From a virus: DNA of 64,000 bases. Below the pieces are notes generated by a model. The model made no database searches, was not told the DNA's origin, and saw only the letters and a list, made by a program, of their open reading frames with translations. The DNA lies in the IMG/VR virus record IMGVR_UViG_3300030328_001039, positions 1 through 64,000 of that record; one strand, written 5' to 3'. This document shows, in pieces, positions 17,438 to 25,948 of the stretch. Both the position numbers and the translations under genes were made by a program. Position 1 is the first letter of the stretch. The number at the start of each line of letters is the position of its first letter.

Positions 17438-19848
17438 TTATTGACTGGTATTACCCTGCTGAGTCTGACAACTTTGGAGAGCCTAATCTATACTTGCGTA
17501 CTCGTGACAAGCATGGTACGCTGCAAGAAGAGCACATATGGCCTGAAGATGATAGGTATGTAAAGCCGCATTGTTGGATTCCAGTAGATACTCCTGAGTG
17601 GAAACTCAATCGTATGATGGGTAGATACCCCAGTGCTAAGATTCATCGAGACATTCGTACCAAAGGTATTGACAAGAAACCACTGATGAAAGTCGAGGTA
17701 GACAAACCCACAGACCTTTGGGATATTAAGGATGAAATGCCTACTTATGAAGCAGACTTGAATTATCTCGACCAAGTGTTACTGCAACTATATCCTGACA
17801 AACTACCTGAGTTCAAGCCTCGTGTATGGTACTTTGATTTGGAGTGGGACACAAAGGAGGACTTCACATCAGTTATGGCTGTAGTGGATAGCGACCTTGA
17901 CACTCCTGTTGTATTCGCATGGGCTGATTGGGAGAAAACTAACTGCCCTCAGCCTACACGCTCGACCCCAAGTGGCCCGATAGATAAAGAAGTCCGAGGT
18001 CAAAAATACACTCTCTTCAATCACTCTTCTGAAGCAGAAATGCACGAGAGTTTCATCAAGTTCTTACACAAGCGTGACCCCGATATTCTCGTAGCCCATG
18101 CTATCATGTGGGCTGACTTACCACACCTTATGCGTAGACTCAAAGACCCTGACCAACTTTCACCACTTGGTCAAGTGATTAGACCATTCAAGGGTAGAGA
18201 CGGTTACAAAGATACTCAACAGCCTATCAAGGGTAGAATATGTTTTGACTCAGCAGCACCTTGGAAATCAGGTAGTGGCTTTGAATCCTTATGGCAGAAG
18301 TCAGGTAGAGGACAATTACCTAATCGTAAGTTGAATACCATAGCAGAGCGACTTGAACTTGGTAGCAAACTGACTGAGGAAATTGAGGGTATGACTGTTC
18401 ACAATGGTTGGTACGAATACTGGAGTGACTTCGTAGATTACTGTCTCCTTGACACTACGCTACTGCGTGACATTGACAAGAAACTCAATGCCATTGATTT
18501 CTTCGTAGCAGTACAACAGTTATGTGGTGTATCATTTGCCAGCACACACAAGGTCACTCGATACTTTAGAGGTCTTGTTGGTAGGAGGACTAAAATGAAA
18601 GCCAAGAGTGCTATCAATAATAGGCGTGAAGCATTGACTGCTGCACACATACCTGACCCTATTCCCGGTAGACATGAGGGTGTAGCCATTGTAGACTATG
18701 CCTCACTATATCCAAACATCATTCTCAGTGACAATTTATGTTACACTACTAAGCGTGACCATCCGACTACCACTACCAAGACATTGGATAATGGTTCACA
18801 CTGGTGTCAGAAAGAGAAGGGTCTGCTACCTTCTATTGTTGAAGAAATGCTCGCTCTTCGTGCTGAATACAAAAGGCTCATGCGTGACGCTATAGACCCT
18901 GATGAGAAGTTGGGGTACGACATGATGCAGACCGCAGCAAAAGTCCTTGTCAATGCCCTATACGGTATGACGGGAATGAAGTCTGTTCAAGGTATGTGGA
19001 TTGATAATGATATAGCAGCCGCTATCACATACAGAGGGCGTGAGGCTATCCAACATTTGCTAAAGGAGAGTGAAGAGCAGGGCTACAAGTCACTGTATGG
19101 TCATACTGATTCAGCGTTTATTCAAGTTCCATTCGATGATGCTGAGCCACTCGCTAAGCATCTTACTCAAACTGCGAAGGATAAGTTGAACTTACCAACA
19201 ATGGAGGTTGAACTTGAAGCATACTTTGACTACTGGATTACTGCTCCAGTGAAAAACCGTTACTTCGGTATCAAGGTGTGGCCTGAAAAGAGCAAGGGTG
19301 AAATGAAGATTAGTGGTTATGAAATCAAAGCCTCTAGTTCTTCACGGATTACCAAACGCATTCAAGAAGTGGCTATGCAAATGATAGGCACTGGTAAAGA
19401 CGAAGAGGCTGTGACTGATGTACTGAGAGAAGTAAGCCTCCAAGTTAGAAACGGTGAAATACCAATTGAAGATGTGGCTTGCTCTTCTCGATTGACTATG
19501 GCTTTCAAAGATTACAAGAGCCTACCAGCACCAGCAAAGGCTGCTATGTATTACAATGAACATGTCGCTACTAATGCCGATGAAAGATGGGCTAAGGGTG
19601 ACAGTGTATCATGGATTTATGTCAAGGGCTTCAACAATGATGTACCTGACTATTACACTCTCAACGGGGAGAAGAAGAAGGTAGACTTCGTTGCTTTCCG
19701 TGATAAGTCTGAGTTGAAGAACTACACCATAGACTGGGATAAAGTGCTCAGTGTAATGGTTAAGTCTAAACTCATGCGAATATACGAGAGCCTTGACTGG
19801 GAACTAGATGCTGCCGCTGGAGCGACTATGCCTAAGTCATATTTTTAA
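17434..19848 (+). CDS. polB: family B DNA polymerase
   Basis: ExoI FDLEW, ExoIII YCLLD, motif A DYASLYPNII, motif B KVLVNALYG, motif C YGHTDS, KNRY. Confidence 0.97.
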   Translation: MIIDWYYPAESDNFGEPNLYLRTRDKHGTLQEEHIWPEDDRYVKPHCWIPVDTPEWKLNRMMGRYPSAKIHRDIRTKGIDKKPLMKVEVDKPTDLWDIKDEMPTYEADLNYLDQVLLQLYPDKLPEFKPRVWYFDLEWDTKEDFTSVMAVVDSDLDTPVVFAWADWEKTNCPQPTRSTPSGPIDKEVRGQKYTLFNHSSEAEMHESFIKFLHKRDPDILVAHAIMWADLPHLMRRLKDPDQLSPLGQVIRPFKGRDGYKDTQQPIKGRICFDSAAPWKSGSGFESLWQKSGRGQLPNRKLNTIAERLELGSKLTEEIEGMTVHNGWYEYWSDFVDYCLLDTTLLRDIDKKLNAIDFFVAVQQLCGVSFASTHKVTRYFRGLVGRRTKMKAKSAINNRREALTAAHIPDPIPGRHEGVAIVDYASLYPNIILSDNLCYTTKRDHPTTTTKTLDNGSHWCQKEKGLLPSIVEEMLALRAEYKRLMRDAIDPDEKLGYDMMQTAAKVLVNALYGMTGMKSVQGMWIDNDIAAAITYRGREAIQHLLKESEEQGYKSLYGHTDSAFIQVPFDDAEPLAKHLTQTAKDKLNLPTMEVELEAYFDYWITAPVKNRYFGIKVWPEKSKGEMKISGYEIKASSSSRITKRIQEVAMQMIGTGKDEEAVTDVLREVSLQVRNGEIPIEDVACSSRLTMAFKDYKSLPAPAKAAMYYNEHVATNADERWAKGDSVSWIYVKGFNNDVPDYYTLNGEKKKVDFVAFRDKSELKNYTIDWDKVLSVMVKSKLMRIYESLDWELDAAAGATMPKSYF

Positions 19849-19857
19849 GGTGATAAA

Positions 19858-19995
19858 ATGACTAAAACAAGACAAACAAAATTAACGGAGTATGGAATGA
19901 CATTTGAAGGACAGACAAAACTCACTGAGTTTGGTATGACTTTTGAGGCTGATATAAAAAGGAACAGTAAAGACCAAGTTGGTGAAGAGGAATGA
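19858..19995 (+). CDS. 45-aa tandem PIP-box-like micro-protein
   Basis: MTKTRQTKLTEYGMTFEGQTKLTEFGMTFEADIKRNSKDQVGEEE; AAGGTGA SD; the repeat copies differ almost only synonymously; ATGA overlap with next gene. Confidence 0.7.
   Translation: MTKTRQTKLTEYGMTFEGQTKLTEFGMTFEADIKRNSKDQVGEEE
19948..19966 (+). promoter_or_regulatory. degenerate early promoter motif copy (GCTGATATAAAAAGGAACA)
   Basis: Two mismatches to the 19-mer; next ATG 19992. Confidence 0.4.
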
Positions 19996-20459
19996 CATCG
20001 TTTAGAATGAAGTGTGCAAAGATAGCAGCGACAGTAGTAAATCTACTTGCTGAGAAGAATGAACAGTATGGTGATAGCGCATTTGACCCTATCCGATTCT
20101 TTAGCGACCTACCCCCTGATGCTGGTTTAAGAGTGAGGATTGATGATAAACTCAGTAGACTCATGCGAGGGAGTGATACCATTGAGTCTGACATTGATGT
20201 GATTGAGGACTTGATTGGTTACTTCATTCTACTACGATTGACAATGGAGGATAAAAGACCTGAACCACAGCCACTTTCAGAAGGAGCAGAAGGAGAGTTA
20301 GACTACTACAGAAACAAGGACTTCGACCCTTATCACCCTCAAGGGGGAATAGGGGGCGACCATAGCCCATTTATCCCACCTGAAAAGATTTCTACCGGGG
20401 AAAGAATAGTAAGAAGGTACAACAAGTTCGGTGGTGAAGATGAGGTTCAACCCGAATGA
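19992..20459 (+). CDS. DUF1599/Nmad1-like all-alpha NTP-pyrophosphatase-fold protein
   Basis: KNEQYGDS...RIDDKLSRL...EDLIGYFILL signature. Confidence 0.7.
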   Translation: MTSFRMKCAKIAATVVNLLAEKNEQYGDSAFDPIRFFSDLPPDAGLRVRIDDKLSRLMRGSDTIESDIDVIEDLIGYFILLRLTMEDKRPEPQPLSEGAEGELDYYRNKDFDPYHPQGGIGGDHSPFIPPEKISTGERIVRRYNKFGGEDEVQPE

Positions 20460-21528
20460 GACTACTGTTCACTGGTGCGAAGCGTGTGATGTAGTAGTGA
20501 AAGATGCTGACGAAGGCAAAGGTTGCTCAATCTGTAACGACTATGACTGCATTGTAGAGAAGTCAATGAATACTTTTCCTGAGTACCTAGTAGATACTCA
20601 GTACCCTTATCCTGAAATGTTTGAGTCGTATGACAAGAGCGCATACAACTGGCAACCTAGCATGGAGGATAAGATACTCCGTGTAACTAAGTCATCGCTA
20701 GGTACTTTTGATTTCTGTCCTAAGCAGTATTATTTTCAAAACATACTAGGAATGAGGGGTGAAGAACAAGACCATCACATTCGTGGGTCAAATGTTCACG
20801 ATGCAGTGGAGTGGTTTTGGAAAGAGTCACACACAAGTCTACCAGTTGTTAATGAAATGATAAACGAGGGAAAGGTAAACACTGCTAAGATGGAGTTGCG
20901 TAAAGCACTACCCAAGCCTCCAACTCCCTATGTCTATGGTGAAGAGCCTCAACTTAATCAGTATGTAGACTGGCAATTTGAAAGGCTATTACAAATGCAG
21001 AACAATCCTAAAGATTGGTTTCCTATTGCTAATGAAGTAGAGATTCATTCAACAAGAGTAGTGGTAGCCACTGATGGTAGAGTAATACCAATTCACATGA
21101 AGGGGTTCATTGACCGTATCTTCATTGATGATGACCATACTGGTATCATTCTAATGGAGTTGAAAACTGGTAAGTGGGTAGACCGTAAGCGTTCTTCTAT
21201 GCGTGCTGAAATGCAGTTCTATCGTATGATGCTAGAGCATAGCCCTCACATCGAATACCTACCTGTTGTCGGCTGGGGCTGGCAGTTTCCGGGCGGGGGT
21301 ATCAATGGTGGCGAAGGTGCTATGTGGGATTACGAGAGCGTAAAAGGGCCGGGTGGTCGGTACGCTCCTAAGACTGTAGAGAAGAGGCTTGTACGCTTGA
21401 TTGATGCACATTTGAATGATGATTTCCCTGCTGAGGCTCACGAAGCGAAGTGTGCTTGGTGTGACTTTATGGAAATGTGTCCAGCGTGGATGGGTGATTT
21501 AGCAATCGACCCTGATGATATGAGGTGA
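20431..21528 (+). CDS. Cas4/RecB-like PD-(D/E)XK exonuclease with Fe-S cysteines
   Basis: CPKQYY, GSNVH, GFIDRI, ELKTG, QFY, CAWCDFMEMCP. Confidence 0.85.
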   Translation: MVKMRFNPNETTVHWCEACDVVVKDADEGKGCSICNDYDCIVEKSMNTFPEYLVDTQYPYPEMFESYDKSAYNWQPSMEDKILRVTKSSLGTFDFCPKQYYFQNILGMRGEEQDHHIRGSNVHDAVEWFWKESHTSLPVVNEMINEGKVNTAKMELRKALPKPPTPYVYGEEPQLNQYVDWQFERLLQMQNNPKDWFPIANEVEIHSTRVVVATDGRVIPIHMKGFIDRIFIDDDHTGIILMELKTGKWVDRKRSSMRAEMQFYRMMLEHSPHIEYLPVVGWGWQFPGGGINGGEGAMWDYESVKGPGGRYAPKTVEKRLVRLIDAHLNDDFPAEAHEAKCAWCDFMEMCPAWMGDLAIDPDDMR

Positions 21529-21532
21529 GAGA

Positions 21533-21832
21533 ATGGATAAAGAAGGACTAGATACGATTTCATTGTTGCTACAAATGTCATTAGAGAAGTTATGGCCTAA
21601 GTATGAGTTTTCCGTAGAAACATCGCTTCTCCCCACTGGTAAGCGTATCATAGTCAAGTCAATGTCTCAACTAATCATTGAAGATTATAATGAAGAATCT
21701 GATGTAAAGGATAGACACATCTGCTTCTTCATCGCTATTCATCCATCTAAATTAACACTAGAGCATATTAGGAATACATACGACACTATCGTTAGTAAAG
21801 TGATATACGAAATGGCATTGATAGAGGGGTGA
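21533..21832 (+). CDS. hypothetical protein
   Basis: 99-aa ORF, GAGGTGA SD. Confidence 0.65.
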   Translation: MDKEGLDTISLLLQMSLEKLWPKYEFSVETSLLPTGKRIIVKSMSQLIIEDYNEESDVKDRHICFFIAIHPSKLTLEHIRNTYDTIVSKVIYEMALIEG

Positions 21833-21836
21833 AAGA

Positions 21837-22952
21837 ATGAGTTTCATCACACTTGATTTCCCTCGTGAAGTCCTTGAGATAGCCTCTAATGGTAAACAAG
21901 GTGGTCGTTATTGCGTAAAGAATTGGAGTGAGTTAGAAAGATACTGGAAAGGTAAGAACGGCAGTGGTAATGTATACTTCACAGCCTACGGTTACCGAGC
22001 CACTAAGCCACCGAGAAACCACAGAGTAGATTATGACACACCTATTATCCGTCACTTTGTCATGGACTTTGATTGTAAGGACTTCAAACAAAGAGGCGCT
22101 GAGGTTGATTTTTCATTCATGCACGAGCAGGTTAAAAGGCTACATCGTTTTCTACTGAGAGAGAACACTCGCCACTTTGTTTGGTTCAGTGGTGGTGGTT
22201 TCCATATTTGGATTCCTCTAAAGAATACACATACCCCATCGGATGGTTACAGTGTTGCTAGAGTAAAAGAAGGTGGTAGAAAACTGATAGCAGCATGGCA
22301 TAAGAAACTCAACTTATCATGTAACGACCCTACAGTTGCTTTCGACACATCAGGCATGATTCGTATACCTAACTCCTACAACTCTAGGAGAGGCTGCTGG
22401 AGTATACCACTGGATTCAGATTCCATTCTCAATCTAACTCACGATGATTTGATGGAGAGAGCACAAGACCCGATTAGTGGGTACATAGAAAATGGTGAAA
22501 ACGATATTGCTATAACAGTGGCTCAGCGTAAAAGCCCGTTCAAAAAAACTGTTGAGAAAGTAGACGGTCTACCTGACATTACACTAGGCGATATTATTGT
22601 ATTACCATGCCTTGCTCAATCAGCATTAGGTGAAGGTAACCCTACCCACAAGGCGAGGTTTCACTTAGCATCATATCTTGCCGCAAGACTACGATGGTTC
22701 TATCCCCCTGATGCAGTAGATGATGAGATAAAGGCTGAGCATGTTAATCGTATATGTGCTATCATAGAAGAACAGGGATGGGTAGATTACTCCCCTCGTG
22801 TTACTCGTGAGCAGGTAGAGAACATTGTATTCGGTGGTGCTGGTAACAACGGTTACTCAGCAGCGTCATGCGCTACACTTGAATACGATGGACTATGCAG
22901 CGGAAGATGCCGCTATTATGATGGCAGCATAGGTGATTCAAATGAAAATTAG
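21837..22952 (+). CDS. archaeo-eukaryotic primase, PriS catalytic domain fused to PriL-like Fe-S domain
   Basis: DFD, SGGGFH, D..GMIRIPNSYN; C-terminal LPC...H.ARFHLASYL...SCATL...LC...C. Confidence 0.88.
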   Translation: MSFITLDFPREVLEIASNGKQGGRYCVKNWSELERYWKGKNGSGNVYFTAYGYRATKPPRNHRVDYDTPIIRHFVMDFDCKDFKQRGAEVDFSFMHEQVKRLHRFLLRENTRHFVWFSGGGFHIWIPLKNTHTPSDGYSVARVKEGGRKLIAAWHKKLNLSCNDPTVAFDTSGMIRIPNSYNSRRGCWSIPLDSDSILNLTHDDLMERAQDPISGYIENGENDIAITVAQRKSPFKKTVEKVDGLPDITLGDIIVLPCLAQSALGEGNPTHKARFHLASYLAARLRWFYPPDAVDDEIKAEHVNRICAIIEEQGWVDYSPRVTREQVENIVFGGAGNNGYSAASCATLEYDGLCSGRCRYYDGSIGDSNEN

Positions 22953-23181
22953 ACAACATAGAATGCACGCTAATCTCTGCTTTAATTGCGGTAATGTTTT
23001 AGGTAGAACTAATAACAACAAAAGAATGATGATGTTGTGTTCAACATGTAATAAGAATGTAGACTTACTACCCGAAGAATACCGTTGTAAAGGTGAGACA
23101 AGAAAAGGTAACAGATGTAGAACAGCGGTCTATGATGGCACAGGTTATTGTCGAAATCATAAGCATCAGGAGGAGGAGTAA
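22941..23181 (+). CDS. small double zinc-finger protein
   Basis: CFNC...CSTC and RCKGETRKGNRC...YCRNH; start approximate (ORF track gives 22933). Confidence 0.6.
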
Positions 23182-23891
23182 TGCCTAAGCCTGATTTAAT
23201 CATAGACTCTAATGAAAGGGGTAGCCTTTGTGAATCAATAGAGCGTAGGGCTAAGAAAGAAGGTTTGAATGTCATTAGACAACCATTAGTAGTGGGTGAT
23301 TACTTACTAGGTGCTGCTTGTGTAGAAGCAAAGAGTGTCACCGACTTGTTTCAATCGAGTCACAGCGGTCACCTATGGCGACAGTTAGACAACATGGATG
23401 CCAACTACGAGCGATTCTTTTTAGTCATACATGGTTCGATTGCCAAGTATGTCGCATTCGCTAAGAAGCAAGGCAGGTTCTTGACACACAGTAGAGTGCA
23501 GAATGAACTCACTGGTACTATCGCTCGTATCATGGCTGATTTTGAATGTCAGGTATTCTTCACTCCAAACATCAGCGAGGCTGCTATGTTCGTCACTAAA
23601 CTACACAATAAGTTACACAAGCCAGCGAGTAAGCATGGTGCTCATGCTATTCGTAGAGTATCTACAAACGATGTACGGGTAGACATGTTGCTAACAATTC
23701 CGGGTGTCGGTGCTGAGTTAGCAGAGCGTCTACTAGAGAAATGTGGTAACCTAGAAGAGATGTGTTTCCCTGAATCCCTGAAGCAAGTTAAGGGGCTGGG
23801 TGATAAGAAAAGACAACTCATTGTTGAGGTTTTGACCAGCGAATCACCAGTCCACATACAACGAAGTGTTAGGCGCAAGAGGGGTATTTAA
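23181..23891 (+). CDS. XPF/ERCC4 (Hef-like) structure-specific endonuclease with HhH motifs
   Basis: IDSNE, GDY, VEAKS.TDL; tandem HhH IPGVG and VKGLG. Confidence 0.88.
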   Translation: MPKPDLIIDSNERGSLCESIERRAKKEGLNVIRQPLVVGDYLLGAACVEAKSVTDLFQSSHSGHLWRQLDNMDANYERFFLVIHGSIAKYVAFAKKQGRFLTHSRVQNELTGTIARIMADFECQVFFTPNISEAAMFVTKLHNKLHKPASKHGAHAIRRVSTNDVRVDMLLTIPGVGAELAERLLEKCGNLEEMCFPESLKQVKGLGDKKRQLIVEVLTSESPVHIQRSVRRKRGI

Positions 23892-23909
23892 GGCAGCATC
23901 GTACTCCTA

Positions 23910-24010
23910 ATTGTCCGGGTTGTCCGTTGTCTTGTCTATACTTACATGTTTATAGAGTGTATGAATTAAGAATATAATGTTCAGACGGTACATCGGACAA
24001 TCAAGACAAC
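23910..24010. repeat. inverted TTGTC/GACAA boxes flanking an AT-rich core (candidate replication origin)
   Basis: Four TTGTC on the left (23911-23936), two GACAA on the right (23994-24010); 8-bp inverted pairs ATTGTCCG/CGGACAAT and GTTGTCTT/AAGACAAC. Confidence 0.55.
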
Positions 24011-24021
24011 CAATATTGATA

Positions 24022-24040
24022 GTTGATATATAAAGGAACA
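24022..24040 (+). promoter_or_regulatory. Early promoter motif copy 6 (GTTGATATATAAAGGAACA)
   Basis: Copy upstream of helicase ATG 24057. Confidence 0.8.
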
Positions 24041-24056
24041 GTTAGAGTTGAGAGAT

Positions 24057-25463
24057 ATGAGAGAAGCACAAGATTACATGGCAGTCAAGCGATACCCTGT
24101 CTTTGATGGGTATGTAGATAGGTTTAGTAGAACAAGTATAGATAATGACATACCAGCGATGTTATCCTTCTTCTACATACAAGGTCAGATAGCAGCCCCT
24201 TTCATTCGTATTCCGTGGGATGCAAGTCACCTTGACCCTCGTGTTCATGTCTTTTGGATTCAGCCATCAAGAACTGGTAAGTCAGTAGCATGGGAGTTCG
24301 TAGGCGATGTACTCAAAGACTGTGGCTTACATCAGGACATGTATACATCAGGTTCAGATGCTGGACTAATCGGCGGTGTCACCAACGAGACAGTCGTGGA
24401 TGAGAAAGGGAACAAGGAGCAGGTAGCAGTTCAAACAGAAGGTATGCTTGCTGGACAGAAGGCTCTCAACTTTGACGAAGGGAGTATCATTCTCAACCCC
24501 GGTAAGCACTCACAAGAGACTGTTCTGTATCTACAGTCAGCGTGTAACCCGATTGGCAGTAACTCAAACATACTGGTCAAGCACTTGAGTGGTAGAAGAA
24601 TAGAAACCGAGTCGCTTGTCTCACTGTGGATTACTACCTACCCACCTGCTGGTGTCAAAGAGTATGTTTTGACAAAGGGTATTTTCCAGCGTGTTCTATT
24701 GTATTGGTCTGATTGGGATATGGATAGGCGTATGGGGGTCAGTATGAAGCGTATGGAGAGAGCCTTCACAAAGACTCCTAAGCAGAAGTTATCCTACGAG
24801 GAAATCATTGACTATTTCACTGGGCTTGAGAAGCGACTGCGTGACCGAGTTCTCAATCTAACTGAGATTTCATTCACTGAATGGGATGGCATGACTCGTG
24901 AAGAGCAAGAAGATGTAGTTCAGTCAGTTATGCACGAAATGTTCACAGCAGATGAATCATTCTATGTGGCTACATATGACTTAGTAGAGGACTTGTATTC
25001 CCTACTGGATGGATTGAACTTCGCTATCGGAAATGTTGTTGCTTCTTTCATACCTGCTATGGAGAACTACTCAGTTATCCTTGCTACTCACATCGCTATG
25101 ATGGATGAGAAGTGGGTTATCACTGGCGAGCATCTTGACATGGCTAAGGAAATTATCTACGACCTGTTCAAGAACCTAATTCTGTGGCTTGAGGGTGAAG
25201 TTGAAGTTGGTGCTAAGCAAACTGAGAAGGCTAACCATGCAAAGAATTGGATGACTGCTTACAACACAATCGCCCCAGTTGAACTGGATAAGAAGGGCGA
25301 GGGCTGGCGAAAGAAGTCAGCAGTCATCAAGCAGTATTGTGTCGCTGAGCAAGTGACTCGTGGTACTGCATTCAATCGCTTCTCAAAGTGGGGTGCTCAC
25401 TTATTCGATGCGGCTAAGGATGGTTCTACTGTATACATTCGTCAGAAGGAGGCGGAAGCATGA
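24057..25463 (+). CDS. MCM-like AAA+ replicative helicase (compact)
   Basis: Walker A QPSRTGKS, MCM-type SGSDAGLIGG, Walker B FDEG, GIFQR arginine-finger-like, C-terminal wHTH-like region. Confidence 0.75.
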   Translation: MREAQDYMAVKRYPVFDGYVDRFSRTSIDNDIPAMLSFFYIQGQIAAPFIRIPWDASHLDPRVHVFWIQPSRTGKSVAWEFVGDVLKDCGLHQDMYTSGSDAGLIGGVTNETVVDEKGNKEQVAVQTEGMLAGQKALNFDEGSIILNPGKHSQETVLYLQSACNPIGSNSNILVKHLSGRRIETESLVSLWITTYPPAGVKEYVLTKGIFQRVLLYWSDWDMDRRMGVSMKRMERAFTKTPKQKLSYEEIIDYFTGLEKRLRDRVLNLTEISFTEWDGMTREEQEDVVQSVMHEMFTADESFYVATYDLVEDLYSLLDGLNFAIGNVVASFIPAMENYSVILATHIAMMDEKWVITGEHLDMAKEIIYDLFKNLILWLEGEVEVGAKQTEKANHAKNWMTAYNTIAPVELDKKGEGWRKKSAVIKQYCVAEQVTRGTAFNRFSKWGAHLFDAAKDGSTVYIRQKEAEA

Positions 25464-25714
25464 TACAGTGGATGATTAAAAGAACAATAGGATTCATGGG
25501 TAGAGTCTATGTGTTTTTAGATAAGTTTCTAAAACATGAGACAAGCCCGATACTCGGTGTTGAGATAGATGAGGACTTACAAAATATGACACGGAGAGAA
25601 CTATGCAAACACATAGAGAAGAAGTTTGGCTGGGATGAAGATACCTTTTGGAATCTTGAATCTACACAGAAGATTAGGTTGTGCTGTCAAGTAGCAAGGG
25701 AGAGGATGAAATGA
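25460..25714 (+). CDS. hypothetical protein
   Basis: 84-aa ORF, ATGA overlap, GGAGG SD. Confidence 0.65.
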   Translation: MIQWMIKRTIGFMGRVYVFLDKFLKHETSPILGVEIDEDLQNMTRRELCKHIEKKFGWDEDTFWNLESTQKIRLCCQVARERMK

Positions 25715-25875
25715 AGTGTGTCTGTTGTGATAACGAAGCAAAGTTTAGTGACAACACTGCTGTAGGTGTAAGGCATTTTTGTACCGAGAAGTGCTGGGCT
25801 GAATACAACGGCCTTGAAGTAAAACCCGAAGGACACTACGGGCTGATTAAGAAAGAAGTAGGATGGTGGGCTTAG
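25711..25875 (+). CDS. small TRASH/YHS-like zinc-binding protein
   Basis: CVCC...FCTEKC; ATGA overlap. Confidence 0.55.
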   Translation: MKCVCCDNEAKFSDNTAVGVRHFCTEKCWAEYNGLEVKPEGHYGLIKKEVGWWA

Positions 25876-25948
25876 TGAATGAAGAAAACTTAGTAGTAAG
25901 AATCGAGACTGAAGAATGGATTTACTGGGAATACAAGGAGGCGTAAAT

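Noticed and set aside
20431-21528. Cas4-like gene as evidence of a CRISPR-Cas system
   Set aside because: No repeat-spacer array or other cas genes seen; solo Cas4-like nucleases are common in archaeal virus replication modules
3170-23181. Many early proteins end in EEE or similar acidic tails, suggesting a shared C-terminal tag
   Set aside because: Explained by GAGGAG/GGTGA Shine-Dalgarno sequences of the next overlapping gene
2744-24040. 19-bp repeats as CRISPR repeats or mobile-element ends
   Set aside because: Copies are kilobases apart, same orientation, at gene starts with fixed ATG spacing; no transposase or integrase
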